This document shows positions 1 through 9,971 of a DNA stretch of 32,000 nt, piece by piece. A program made the translations under genes and the position numbers. Position 1 is the stretch's first letter; each line of letters starts with the position of its first letter. The stretch comes from Candidatus Saccharimonadota bacterium (GTDB lineage: Bacteria > Bacteroidota > Bacteroidia > Flavobacteriales > Blattabacteriaceae): the NCBI GenBank assembly GCA_029851245.1, contig CP099826.1:27688-59687 (forward strand). Direction: 5' to 3'. The notes under the pieces are model-generated. The model had not been told where the DNA came from. It worked only from the letters and a program-made list of their open reading frames with translations, and made no database searches.

Positions 1-50
1 ATATAATATAATATAATATAATATAATATAATATAATATAATATAATATA
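1..50. repeat. Pentanucleotide microsatellite (ATATA)x10, truncated by the window start
   Basis: Positions 1-50 read as ten perfect tandem copies of ATATA. The periodicity breaks at 51 (aaataaaaaa). It lies upstream of infA. Confidence 0.9.
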
Positions 51-67
51 AAATAAAAAAATAATAA

Positions 68-283
68 ATGATAAAACAAAATAATATTAAAAAAAATGGT
101 ATAGTAATAGAAACTTTACCGAATACAATGTTTAAAGTAAAATTAGAAAATAGTAAAATAATATTAGCGCATATTTCAGGTAAAATGAGAAAAAATCATA
201 TTAAAATATTATTAGGAGATAAAGTAAAATTAGAAATGACACCTTATGATTTAAATAAAGGTAGAATAATATATAGATATTAA
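68..283 (+). CDS. infA: Translation initiation factor IF-1
   Basis: 71 aa. [60 protein letters not shown] is the canonical IF-1 S1-fold sequence. It has the conserved position ahead of rpmJ-rpsM. Confidence 0.95.
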   Translation: MIKQNNIKKNGIVIETLPNTMFKVKLENSKIILAHISGKMRKNHIKILLGDKVKLEMTPYDLNKGRIIYRY

Positions 284-298
284 AGAAATATAAAAAAA

Positions 299-415
299 AT
301 GAAAATAGTAGTATCTTTAAAAAAAAGAAATAAAAATTGTATAATAGTAAAAAGAAAAGGAAGATTAAGAATAATAAATAAAATTAATCCTAGATATAAA
401 CAAAAACAAGGATAA
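299..415 (+). CDS. rpmJ: 50S ribosomal protein L36
   Basis: Not in the ORF track (38 codons). My translation from ATG 299 to TAA 413-415 gives [38 protein letters not shown], which matches the L36 consensus (MKVRxSVKK...KRKGR..VI....PR.KQRQG). Its position between infA and rpsM is conserved. Confidence 0.9.
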   Translation: MKIVVSLKKRNKNCIIVKRKGRLRIINKINPRYKQKQG

Positions 416-420
416 GTATA

Positions 421-801
421 ATGTCAATAATATTAGGAATAAATTTACCAAATAATAAAAGAGGAATAATAGCGTTAACATATATTTATGGAATTGGTAT
501 TAATTTATCAAAAAAAATATTATTATTAAATAATATAAAATATGATAAAAAAGTAAAAGATTGGAATATAAAAGAAAAAAAAAAAATTATTAATTATATA
601 ACTAAAAATATTAAAATTGAAGGTGAATTACGTGCAGAAGTACAATTAAATATTAAAAGATTAAAAGATATAAATAATTATAGAGGAATAAGACATAAAA
701 AAGGATTACCATTAAGAGGACAAAGAACTAAAAATAATTCTAGAACTAGAAAAGGAAAAAGAAAAACAGTAGCAAATAAAAAAAAAATAATTAAAAAATA
801 A
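421..801 (+). CDS. rpsM: 30S ribosomal protein S13
   Basis: 126 aa. [49 protein letters not shown] and a basic C-terminus are typical of S13. Operon position is conserved. Confidence 0.93.
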   Translation: MSIILGINLPNNKRGIIALTYIYGIGINLSKKILLLNNIKYDKKVKDWNIKEKKKIINYITKNIKIEGELRAEVQLNIKRLKDINNYRGIRHKKGLPLRGQRTKNNSRTRKGKRKTVANKKKIIKK

Positions 802-804
802 AAT

Positions 805-1188
805 ATGAAAAAAAAAAAAGTAATTAAAAAAAAGAAAAATGTTATATATTATGGGAATATATATATACATTCTACATTTAATAATATTATTATATCATTA
901 ACCGATAAATTAGGTAATGTATTGGCATGGTCATCATCAGGAAAAATGAAATTTAAGGGATCAAAAAAAAATACTCCTTTTTCCGGTAAAATAATTGCTA
1001 AAAATATATCAGAAAAATGTTATTTATATGGGATTAAAAAAGTAGATATTATAATAAAAGGGCCTGGAATAGGAAGAGATTCCGCAATTAGAACAATAAG
1101 TAGTAGTGGAATTAAAATATTATCTATAAAAGATAAAACACCATTACCACATAATGGATGTAGACCACCAAAAAAAAGAAGAATTTAA
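805..1188 (+). CDS. rpsK: 30S ribosomal protein S11
   Basis: 127 aa. [35 protein letters not shown] and [15 protein letters not shown] are S11 hallmarks. Confidence 0.93.
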   Translation: MKKKKVIKKKKNVIYYGNIYIHSTFNNIIISLTDKLGNVLAWSSSGKMKFKGSKKNTPFSGKIIAKNISEKCYLYGIKKVDIIIKGPGIGRDSAIRTISSSGIKILSIKDKTPLPHNGCRPPKKRRI

Positions 1189-1202
1189 AATTATTAAAAA
1201 AT

Positions 1203-1814
1203 ATGTCAAGATATATAGGACCTAGAAATAAAATATCTAGAAGATTTGGAAAATTTATATATGGGAATAAAAAATATTATTTTAAAAGAAAATATGCCCC
1301 AGGACAACATGGAATATTAAAATATAGAAAAAAAAGAAAATCTTATTATTCAATACAATTATTAGAGAAACAAAAAATTAAATATATGTATGGTATATTA
1401 GAAAAACAATTTAAAAGAATGTTTAATATAGTAAGTAAAAAAAAAGGAATAACAGGAGAATTATTATTACAAATGTGTGAAAGAAGATTAGATAATGTAG
1501 TATATAGGATAGGATATGCAATATCAAGAATAGCATCTAGACAATTAGTAACACATAAACATATAAAAGTAAATAATAAAATAATAAATATACCATCATA
1601 TAATATAAAAGTAGGGGATATAATAACTTTAGAAAATAAAATGAAGAAAAATATTAATATATTAAATACATTAATAATAAATAAAAAATATATAAAAAAT
1701 TGGTTAAAATGGAAAGAAGAAATAATGGGAGCCGAATGTTTAAGATTACCTAATATAAATGATATAGAAGATAAAATAAATACTCAATTAATAGTAGAAT
1801 GGTATTCTAGATAA
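1203..1814 (+). CDS. rpsD: 30S ribosomal protein S4
   Basis: 203 aa. MSRYIGPRNKISRRFG N-terminus, RLDNVVYRIGYAISRIASRQLVTHKHIKVNNK (S4 RNA-binding domain). Confidence 0.93.
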   Translation: MSRYIGPRNKISRRFGKFIYGNKKYYFKRKYAPGQHGILKYRKKRKSYYSIQLLEKQKIKYMYGILEKQFKRMFNIVSKKKGITGELLLQMCERRLDNVVYRIGYAISRIASRQLVTHKHIKVNNKIINIPSYNIKVGDIITLENKMKKNINILNTLIINKKYIKNWLKWKEEIMGAECLRLPNINDIEDKINTQLIVEWYSR

Positions 1815-1840
1815 AATAGAATAAATAAATAAAAATATAA

Positions 1841-2818
1841 ATGTTAAAAAATATAAGAATATTAATATTAAAAAAAAGTAATAATTTAGGAATATTTAAA
1901 ATATATCCTATAAATAATGGAAATGGAATAACGATAGGAAATACATTAAGAAGAATATTATTATCATCTATTACAGGATATAGTATAAGTTATTTAAAAA
2001 TAAAAGGGATAAAACATGAATTTTCATGTATTAAAGGAATAGTAGAAGATGTTACTGAAATAATTTTAAATTTAAAAAAAATAAAGTTTAAATTAAAGAA
2101 AAATATAAGAGTAATAAAAAATAAAATATTTATAAAAATAAATATTAAAAATAATAAAAATAAAATATATGCGAAAGATATAAATAAATTTACTAAAGAT
2201 TTAGAAGTAATAAATAAAAAATTAATAATATGTAATAAAGAGAAATTTGTAAGATTTAAAGCAATATTAATAATAGAAAAAGGAAAAGGATATGTAACAT
2301 CAGAAAGTAAAAAAATATATAAAGATTTTATATCTTTAGATTCAATATTTACTCCAATAGAAAAAGTAAGTATAAAAGTAAATAGTATTGATAATAATAA
2401 TGATGATTTAAATAAATTAGAAAAATTAAAAATTAAAATATATACTGATGGTAGTATTACACCTATAAATGCTTTAAGAAAATCTTCAATAATATTAATA
2501 AAAATGTTTTATGTATTTTATAAAAAAGAGAATTATTATAAAATTAGTAAAGATATAAAAAATAAATATTTTAATATAGAATATTTTAAAATTAAAAAAT
2601 TATTAAATACTAAATTAAAATATTATAATTTTTCAGTTAGAACAATAAATTGTTTACATAATTATAATATTTATAAATGGAAAGATTTAGTAATTTTAAA
2701 GAAAAAAAAATTATTAAAAATAAAAAATTTTGGTAAAAAATCTTTAAAAGAATTAATAAAAAAAATGAAAAAAAATAATTTAAGATTTAGAATGAATATT
2801 AAAAAATATAATTTATAA
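1841..2818 (+). CDS. rpoA: DNA-directed RNA polymerase subunit alpha
   Basis: 325 aa. GNTLRRILLSSI motif in the N-terminal domain. The C-terminal alpha-CTD-like segment reads FSVRTINCLHNYNIYKWKDLV...IKNFGKKSLKEL. It sits between rpsD and rplQ. Confidence 0.92.
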   Translation: MLKNIRILILKKSNNLGIFKIYPINNGNGITIGNTLRRILLSSITGYSISYLKIKGIKHEFSCIKGIVEDVTEIILNLKKIKFKLKKNIRVIKNKIFIKINIKNNKNKIYAKDINKFTKDLEVINKKLIICNKEKFVRFKAILIIEKGKGYVTSESKKIYKDFISLDSIFTPIEKVSIKVNSIDNNNDDLNKLEKLKIKIYTDGSITPINALRKSSIILIKMFYVFYKKENYYKISKDIKNKYFNIEYFKIKKLLNTKLKYYNFSVRTINCLHNYNIYKWKDLVILKKKKLLKIKNFGKKSLKELIKKMKKNNLRFRMNIKKYNL

Positions 2819-3199
2819 ATGAAACATATAAAAAATAAAAAAAATTTAAGTAGAAAATATTCACATAAAAAGAGTATGTTGTCAAATATGTGTTGTTCTT
2901 TAATAGAATATAAATCTATATATACTACTTTAAGAAAAGCAAAAGAATTACAAAAATATATAGAACCAATATTAAATAAAATAAAAATTAATAATACATA
3001 TAGTATTAAAAGAATAATATATAGTAAATTAAAAAATAAAAAAATTATAAAAATTTTATTTAATGAAATTTTAAATAAAATAAAAAATAGAAATAGTGGA
3101 TATACTAGAATATTGAAAGCTGGATATAGAAAAGGAGATTCTTCAAAAATGTCAATTATACAATTAGTAGATTTTTATAAAATTAAAAAAAATATTTAA
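2819..3199 (+). CDS. rplQ: 50S ribosomal protein L17
   Basis: 126 aa. SRKYSHKKSML, TTLRKAKELQKYIEP and SGYTRILKAGYRKGD match L17. The ATG directly abuts the rpoA stop. Confidence 0.9.
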   Translation: MKHIKNKKNLSRKYSHKKSMLSNMCCSLIEYKSIYTTLRKAKELQKYIEPILNKIKINNTYSIKRIIYSKLKNKKIIKILFNEILNKIKNRNSGYTRILKAGYRKGDSSKMSIIQLVDFYKIKKNI

Positions 3200-5838
3200 T
3201 GAGATTAAAATATTATAAAAAAAATAAAAATTATAATTTTAATAAATATGATAAAATAATATATAAGAATTGGAATTTAAAAAAATATTTTTTTTCAAAA
3301 ATTAATAAAAATAAAAAAAGTATTAATTTATTATTACCGCCACCAAATATTACAGGAGATTTACATATAGGACATATATTAAATTTTACTATATTAGATA
3401 TTTTTGCAAGAAGATATAGAATGTTAGGATATAATGTATGTTTTATACCTGGTACTGATCATGCATCAATTGCAACAGAAATAAAAATAATAAAAATATT
3501 AAAAAATAAAGGTATAAAAATTAATAAAATAAGTAAAAATAAATTTAATAAAATAATATTAAAATGGTCTAAAAAATATAATAAAATAATTATAAATCAG
3601 TTAAAAAGTATAGGATGTTCATGTGATTGGAAAAAAAAATATTTTACTATGGATAAAAATCATTATAAATCAGTAATTAAAGTATTTATAAAATTATATA
3701 AAGAAGGAATAATATATAAAGATAATAAGATAGTAAATTGGGATATTTATGCTAAAACTACAATATCAGAAGAAGAAGTAATTTATAAAAATGAAAAAAA
3801 AGATTTATATTATATTAAATATTATACTAAAAATAAAAAAAATAATATAGTAATATCAACAACAAGACCAGAAACAATATTTGGAGATACAGCAATTTGT
3901 GTAAATAATAGAGATAAAAGATATAAATTATTTAGAAATAAAAAATTTATAATACCTATAATAAATAGAAAAATACCATTAATAAAAAATACATTAGTAA
4001 ATAAAAAATTTGGTTCAGGATGTATAAAAATTACTCCTGCACATAGTGAAAAAGATTATATAATATTTAAAAAAAATAAAGAAAAATATAATTTAAAATT
4101 AATAAATATTTTAAATGATGATGGTACATTAAATAATAAATGTATGAATTTTAGTGGAAAAGATAGATTTTTAGTAAGAAAAAGTATAATTAAAACTTTA
4201 AAAAAATTAGGTAATTTTGTAAAGAAAAAGAAAATTTTAAGTAAAAATGCATATTCTGAAAGAACAAATACAATAATAGAAAAAAAAATATCTTTACAAT
4301 GGTTTTTAAAAATTAAAAAAATTGTAAAAAATATTAAAAAATATATAAATAAAATAATTTTTTATCCTAAAAATAAATATAATAATTTAATATATAAATG
4401 GATAAAAAACATAAAAGATTGGAATATTTCTAGACAATTAAATTGGGGACATAAAATACCGGTATATTATTATAAAAATAAAGAAGTAGTAGCTAATAAT
4501 TATAAAATTGCAAAAAAACTTTTTAAAAAAAAATATAATATTAAAAAAAAAGATTTTAAAATTAAACAAGAAAATAATGTATTAGATACATGGTTTTCTT
4601 CATGGATATTACCAATATCAGTATTAAATGGAATAAATAATAATAATAATAAAAATTTTAATTATTATTATCCTATAAAAATATTAGTAACAGGTAATGA
4701 TATATTATTTTTTTGGGTATTAAGAATGATAATATTTAGTGGTTATTATATAAATAAAATACCATTTAAAAAAGTATATTTTACAGGGATTGCTAGAGAT
4801 ATAAATAATAATAAAATTTCTAAATCATTAGGAAATTATAAAAACTTATATTATTTATTAAAAAAATATGGAGCTGATGGATTAAGAGTAGGATTATTAA
4901 GTATAAATAATGAATATGATTTTATTTATAATGAAAAATTATGTGAAAAAGGTAGAAATTTTATTAATAAAATATGGAATTCATTAAAATATTTAAAAAA
5001 AATAAAAATTAAAAAAAAAAATAATAAAAATAAAAAATTAAATAAAATAATAATTAAATGGTTTAATAATTATTTAATATATAAAATAAATAAATTAAAT
5101 ATATATATAAAAGAATATAAAATATATAAATCATTTTTATTAATATATAATTTGTTTAAAGAAAAATTTTGTTCAATATATTTAGAATTAATAAAAAATA
5201 ATATAAATAAAATTATATTAAAGAAAACTTTAAAATATTATAAATTATTATTATTAATTTTACATCCTTATATTCCATTTGTAACCGAATATATTTATAA
5301 TATTTTATATAAAAAAAACAAAAATAATAAAGATATTACAGTATTAAAATTCCCAATAATAAAAAAAAAATATAAAAAAAATATTATAAAAAAATTTAAA
5401 AATACATTAGAATTTATAAAATATTTAAAAAAAATAAATTTTATAAAAAAAAATAAAAAAAGATTTAATTTATATATATATAAAAAGGAAGAATTATTAT
5501 ATAAAAAAAAAATATATTTTATTTTAATATATAAATTGTCGTTAATAAAAAAAATAAAGATTATTAATAAAAAAAAAAATAAAAAAAAATATTTATTTTA
5601 TATATTTAAAAATTTTAATTTTTTTATTAAAAAAAAAAATATTATAAATAATTTAAATAAAAAAAAAATATATATAAAAATAAAATTTTATGAAAATTAT
5701 TTATATAAAATAATTAAAAAGTTAAAAAATAAAAAATTTTTACTATTAGCGCCAAAAAATATAATAAATTTAGAAAAAAAAAAAAAAAAAAATATAAAAA
5801 AATTATTATTTACATTAAAAAATAATTATAAATTATGA
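3199..5838 (+). CDS. valS: Valine--tRNA ligase
   Basis: 879 aa. PPPNITGDLHIGH (HIGH), TRPETIFGDTAI, TPAHSEKDY, DTWFSSW and KISKSLGN (KMSKS). The C-terminal APKNIINLEKKK tail resembles the ValS coiled-coil end. The ATG overlaps the rplQ TAA by 1 nt (TAATG). The stop is TGA. Confidence 0.93.
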   Translation: MRLKYYKKNKNYNFNKYDKIIYKNWNLKKYFFSKINKNKKSINLLLPPPNITGDLHIGHILNFTILDIFARRYRMLGYNVCFIPGTDHASIATEIKIIKILKNKGIKINKISKNKFNKIILKWSKKYNKIIINQLKSIGCSCDWKKKYFTMDKNHYKSVIKVFIKLYKEGIIYKDNKIVNWDIYAKTTISEEEVIYKNEKKDLYYIKYYTKNKKNNIVISTTRPETIFGDTAICVNNRDKRYKLFRNKKFIIPIINRKIPLIKNTLVNKKFGSGCIKITPAHSEKDYIIFKKNKEKYNLKLINILNDDGTLNNKCMNFSGKDRFLVRKSIIKTLKKLGNFVKKKKILSKNAYSERTNTIIEKKISLQWFLKIKKIVKNIKKYINKIIFYPKNKYNNLIYKWIKNIKDWNISRQLNWGHKIPVYYYKNKEVVANNYKIAKKLFKKKYNIKKKDFKIKQENNVLDTWFSSWILPISVLNGINNNNNKNFNYYYPIKILVTGNDILFFWVLRMIIFSGYYINKIPFKKVYFTGIARDINNNKISKSLGNYKNLYYLLKKYGADGLRVGLLSINNEYDFIYNEKLCEKGRNFINKIWNSLKYLKKIKIKKKNNKNKKLNKIIIKWFNNYLIYKINKLNIYIKEYKIYKSFLLIYNLFKEKFCSIYLELIKNNINKIILKKTLKYYKLLLLILHPYIPFVTEYIYNILYKKNKNNKDITVLKFPIIKKKYKKNIIKKFKNTLEFIKYLKKINFIKKNKKRFNLYIYKKEELLYKKKIYFILIYKLSLIKKIKIINKKKNKKKYLFYIFKNFNFFIKKKNIINNLNKKKIYIKIKFYENYLYKIIKKLKNKKFLLLAPKNIINLEKKKKKNIKKLLFTLKNNYKL

Positions 5839-6188
5839 TATTTATTTAAATAAATTAATTCTAAAATATTATTATTTAATAAAAGAAAATTAATGTTTGG
5901 AATTTTAAAATTATTTTTTAAAAAATTAGAAATTTTTTTTTTATAATAATTTTTTTTAAAATTAAGAAAATTTAATATTTTTTTATTATATATATTAGGG
6001 TATACAGTAATATATATATTTGAATAATTTAAATTTTTACTAATATATACATATATAACAGTAATTAAAATATTTTTAAATTTATTATTATTTTTTTCTA
6101 AAATAAATAAATTATTTAAAAATCTATTAATTTTAATAGAAATTTTTTTTTGTTTAAGAGTATTCATAATTTTTGTTTTTTCAATCAT
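5826..6188 (-). CDS. rbfA: Ribosome-binding factor A
   Basis: 120 aa. ITVIYVYISKNLNYSNIYITVYP parallels the RbfA core (..VT.V.VS.DL..A.VY.....). KIPNINFLLLNN parallels the (R)xxPxLxFxxD segment. Call made by eye on a highly drifted sequence. Confidence 0.6.
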   Translation of the reverse strand: MIEKTKIMNTLKQKKISIKINRFLNNLFILEKNNNKFKNILITVIYVYISKNLNYSNIYITVYPNIYNKKILNFLNFKKNYYKKKISNFLKNNFKIPNINFLLLNNNILELIYLNKYHNL

Positions 6189-6250
6189 ATAATTATATAA
6201 TTAAAATATTATTTATTATATATATATATAAATAAATAAATTTTATAATT

Positions 6251-6757
6251 ATGAAAAATAAAAAAATAATAAAATTAAAAAATAAAATAAAAAATAAAAT
6301 TTTTAATATAAAAAAAAATATTAAAAAGTATAAAAATAAAATATTATTATTAAAAGAGAAATATGTAAGAATATTAGCAGAATTTGAAAATTATAAAAAT
6401 AGAAATGAAAAGGAAAAAAAAAATATATATAAAATATATATAGGAAAAATAATAAAAGATATATTACCTATATTAGATGATTTTGAACGTTATATAAAAA
6501 TAGAAAATATAAAGAATAATAATGTAATATATTTAATTTATAAAAATTTTATTAAAATATTAAAATCTAATGGATTAAAAAAAATAGAAGTTAATATAGG
6601 AGATAAATTTAATTCGGATTATCATGAAGCAATTTCATTAAAAAATATAAAAGATAAAAATATGAAAAATAAAATAGTAAAAATATTAGAAAATGGATAT
6701 TTAGTATATGATAAAATAATACGTTGTAGTAAAGTAATAGTAGGTAATTATAAATAA
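6251..6757 (+). CDS. grpE: Nucleotide exchange factor GrpE
   Basis: 168 aa. [18 protein letters not shown] (GrpE signature AEFxNxRkR), [18 protein letters not shown]. Sits immediately upstream of dnaJ. Confidence 0.88.
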   Translation: MKNKKIIKLKNKIKNKIFNIKKNIKKYKNKILLLKEKYVRILAEFENYKNRNEKEKKNIYKIYIGKIIKDILPILDDFERYIKIENIKNNNVIYLIYKNFIKILKSNGLKKIEVNIGDKFNSDYHEAISLKNIKDKNMKNKIVKILENGYLVYDKIIRCSKVIVGNYK

Positions 6758-6777
6758 TTTTTAAAAAAATATATATT

Positions 6778-7890
6778 ATGAAAAATTATTATGAAATATT
6801 AGGGGTACCAAAAAATGCTACAATAAATGAAATTAAAAAAGCATATAGAAAATTAGCAATTAAATATCATCCTGATAAAAATAAAAATAATAAAATTTAT
6901 GAAGAAAAATTTAAAGAAGCAGCTGAAGCATATAGTGTATTAAGTGATACTGAGAAAAGAAAAAGATATGATAATTTTGGAAATAATAATAATGAAGAAT
7001 ATTATAGTACTTCATCAAATATGAATATGGAAGATATATTTACAAATTTTGGTGATATATTTAATGATGAATTTGAAGAAAATTTTACAGAATTTAAATT
7101 TAGTACATCATCAGGAGAAACAAGAAGAAATATAAAAAGAAAAAATATAAATAAAAATAAATTAAGAGGAAGTAATTTAAGAATTACATTAAGATTAAAT
7201 TTAGAAGAAATTTATAAAGGATTAGAGAAAAAAATAAAAGTTAAAAGAATGAAATTAGCACCTAATATAAGATATAAAAATTGTAATAATTGTAATGGTA
7301 CAGGAATAGTAACAAATATAACAAATACTTTTTTAGGAAAAATGCAAACTACTGTAAAATGTAATTTATGTAAAGGAATAGGTAAAATAATAAATAAAAT
7401 ACCTAAAACAGCTAATAGTAAAGGATTAATACAAGTTGAAGAATTAATAAATATTAAAATCCCATCTGGAGTAACAGATGGAATACAATTAAAATTATCA
7501 GGTAAAGGAAATGAAGTACCTTTTAATGGAAAAACAGGGGATTTAATTATATTAATAAAAGAAAAAGCACATAAAGAATTTAAAAGAAAAGGAAAAAATA
7601 TACATTATAATTTATATATTTCTATACCAGAAGCAATATTAGGAACATTTAAATATATAAAAACATTAGATAATAATAAAAAAAGAATAAAAATAAAATC
7701 TGGTATTCAAAATGGAGAAATAATAATATTAAAAAATAAAGGATTACCAGCAATAAATGGATATAGTAAAGGAGATTTAATAATTAAAATTAATATTTGG
7801 ATACCTAAAAAAATTAATAATAAACAGAAAAAATTTTTTGAAAAAATAAAAAATGATAATAATTTTATTTATAAGAAAAATAATAAATAA
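6778..7890 (+). CDS. dnaJ: Molecular chaperone DnaJ (Hsp40) with a reduced zinc-finger region
   Basis: 370 aa. J domain [32 protein letters not shown]. Two CxxCxGxG motifs ([16 protein letters not shown]) instead of four. C-terminal [14 protein letters not shown]. Confidence 0.92.
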   Translation: MKNYYEILGVPKNATINEIKKAYRKLAIKYHPDKNKNNKIYEEKFKEAAEAYSVLSDTEKRKRYDNFGNNNNEEYYSTSSNMNMEDIFTNFGDIFNDEFEENFTEFKFSTSSGETRRNIKRKNINKNKLRGSNLRITLRLNLEEIYKGLEKKIKVKRMKLAPNIRYKNCNNCNGTGIVTNITNTFLGKMQTTVKCNLCKGIGKIINKIPKTANSKGLIQVEELINIKIPSGVTDGIQLKLSGKGNEVPFNGKTGDLIILIKEKAHKEFKRKGKNIHYNLYISIPEAILGTFKYIKTLDNNKKRIKIKSGIQNGEIIILKNKGLPAINGYSKGDLIIKINIWIPKKINNKQKKFFEKIKNDNNFIYKKNNK

Positions 7891-7899
7891 ATAAATAAA

Positions 7900-8982
7900 A
7901 TGAAAAAAGTAGCTATTGCATTATCTGGAGGAGTAGATTCTAGTGTATCAGCATATTTATTAAAAAAAAAAGGTTATAATGTAATAGGAATATATATGTA
8001 TAATTGGAGTAAAAATAATTGTATATGGGAAGATATAAGAGATGCAATATTAATAACAAATAAATTAAAAATACCATTTTATATATTAGATTTCAGAAAA
8101 CAATATAAAAAAGAAGTAATAAAATATATGTTTAATGGTTATAAAAAAGGGATTACCCCTAATCCTGATATAATATGTAATAAAAAAATAAAATTTGGTT
8201 TATTTTTAAAATCAGCATTAAAATTAAATGTAGATTATATAGCTACTGGTCATTATGTAAGAAAAAAAAAAATATATAAAAATAATAAAATTATATATAG
8301 TTTATTAACAGGAAAAGATAGTAAAAAAGATCAATCATATTTTTTATGTAGAATAAATCAATTACAATTATCTAAAAGTTTATTCCCTTTAGGAAATTTA
8401 ACTAAAAATAAAGTTAGAAAAATAGCTTTAAAATTAAATTTTTATAATGCTAATAAAAAAGATTCACAAGGATTATGTTTTGTAGGAAAAATAAATATAA
8501 TAAATTTTTTACAAAAAAAAATAAAAAAAAAAAAAGGTAATATTTATTATTTTTCTTCTAAAAAAAAAAAATGTAAAGTAATTGGTAAACATTATGGATA
8601 TTATTATTATACAATAGGACAAAGAAAAAATTTAAATATTAAAGGGAATAAATATCCTTTATATTTATTTAAAAAAAATATAAAAAATAATAAATTATAT
8701 GTATGTGAAAGAAAAGATATAAATTTATATAAAAAAATAATATTTATTAAAAAACAAACTATACATTGGATAAATAATGAGTTTTTATTAAAATTAAAAA
8801 AAAAAAAAAAAATAAAAGTAATATCAAAAATAAGATATAATATAAAGAGGATAAAATCATATTTAAAATATTATAATTTAGGAATATTAGTAAAATTTAA
8901 AGATTATCAATTTGCAGTAACTCCTGGACAATTTATAGTATGGTATATAAATAATGAATTAATAGGATCTGGAATAATATAA
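7900..8982 (+). CDS. mnmA: tRNA-specific 2-thiouridylase MnmA
   Basis: 360 aa. PP-loop ALSGGVDSSV, NPDIICNKKIKFG, ATGHYV, KDQSYFL, KDSQGLCFVGK (catalytic Cys region). Confidence 0.9.
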   Translation: MKKVAIALSGGVDSSVSAYLLKKKGYNVIGIYMYNWSKNNCIWEDIRDAILITNKLKIPFYILDFRKQYKKEVIKYMFNGYKKGITPNPDIICNKKIKFGLFLKSALKLNVDYIATGHYVRKKKIYKNNKIIYSLLTGKDSKKDQSYFLCRINQLQLSKSLFPLGNLTKNKVRKIALKLNFYNANKKDSQGLCFVGKINIINFLQKKIKKKKGNIYYFSSKKKKCKVIGKHYGYYYYTIGQRKNLNIKGNKYPLYLFKKNIKNNKLYVCERKDINLYKKIIFIKKQTIHWINNEFLLKLKKKKKIKVISKIRYNIKRIKSYLKYYNLGILVKFKDYQFAVTPGQFIVWYINNELIGSGII

Positions 8983-9062
8983 TATAAAATTAAAAAAATT
9001 ATAATATTAAACAATTGGAGTAAAATAAAATTTTAACGTTAAAATAAAAATAGGAAAAATAA

Positions 9063-9971
9063 ATGATAAAAAATAATATAACAATTAATAATTGTTATAA
9101 AAAAATTATAATTATTTTAAATAAAATTTATAATAAAAAAGAAATATATAAATTATTTTTTATAATATTTAAAAATATATTTAAATGTAATAATAATAAA
9201 ATATATTATTATTTATTAATAAATAAAAAAATAAATATAAAAAAATATAATATATTTATTAATAATATTATAAAATTAAAAAAGAAAATACCAATTCAAT
9301 ATATAATTAAGTATACATATTTTTTAAATATTAAAATTTATTTAAATAAAAGAATATTTATTCCAAGACAAGAGACTGAAGAATTAACTAATTTAATAAT
9401 TAAAGAAAATAAAAATAAAAATAAAAAATTAAATATATTAGATATATGTTCTGGTAGTGGTTGTATATCAATAAGTATAAAAAAAAATATATATAATTGT
9501 AATATATATTGTATAGAAAATAATAAAAAAATATTATATAAATCAAAAAAAAATTTTTTTTATAATAAAATATTTAATAATATTTATTTTTATAAATTTA
9601 ATATTTTAAATAATAAAAAAAGATATAAAAAATTTTTTAAAAAACTACCATTATTTGATATAATAATTAGTAATCCACCATATGTATCTTATAAAGAATA
9701 TTATAAATATATTAATAAAAATATAATATATGAACCATATAATTCAATATTTGTAAATAATAATGATGAAATATTATTTTATAAAAAAATATTATTAAAT
9801 TTTTATAAAAAAAAATTAAAAAATAATGGAATAATATATTTTGAAATATCAAATAATATAAAAAATAAAATATTATTATTTTTAAAAAAAAAAATAAATA
9901 ATAAAATTTTTAATTTTAAAAAAGATATAAATAATAATTATAGAATATTAAAAATAATTAAAAAAAAATAA
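9063..9971 (+). CDS. prmC: Release-factor glutamine N5-methyltransferase (HemK/PrmC)
   Basis: 302 aa. FIPRQETEEL, SAM-binding ILDICSGSGCISI and catalytic NPPYV tetrapeptide in the expected order. Confidence 0.8.
   Translation: MIKNNITINNCYKKIIIILNKIYNKKEIYKLFFIIFKNIFKCNNNKIYYYLLINKKINIKKYNIFINNIIKLKKKIPIQYIIKYTYFLNIKIYLNKRIFIPRQETEELTNLIIKENKNKNKKLNILDICSGSGCISISIKKNIYNCNIYCIENNKKILYKSKKNFFYNKIFNNIYFYKFNILNNKKRYKKFFKKLPLFDIIISNPPYVSYKEYYKYINKNIIYEPYNSIFVNNNDEILFYKKILLNFYKKKLKNNGIIYFEISNNIKNKILLFLKKKINNKIFNFKKDINNNYRILKIIKKK

Noticed and set aside
5836-5838. Possibility that TGA is recoded as Trp (as in some other ultra-AT-rich symbionts), because valS (5836-5838) and ligA (11696-11698) end in TGA followed shortly by TAA
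   Set aside because: All recognised genes are full length without needing an in-frame TGA. Conserved Trp positions use TGG, and an apparently intact RF2 gene (SPF and GGQ) is present. The nearby TAA codons are expected by chance at this composition.
9030-9045. Perfect 16-nt palindrome ATTTTAACGTTAAAAT in the mnmA-prmC spacer, considered as a possible operator or terminator
   Set aside because: It has no loop and is almost all A:T, so it would be a poor terminator. At this base composition, palindromes of this length are expected many times per 32 kb by chance, and no second copy was noticed.
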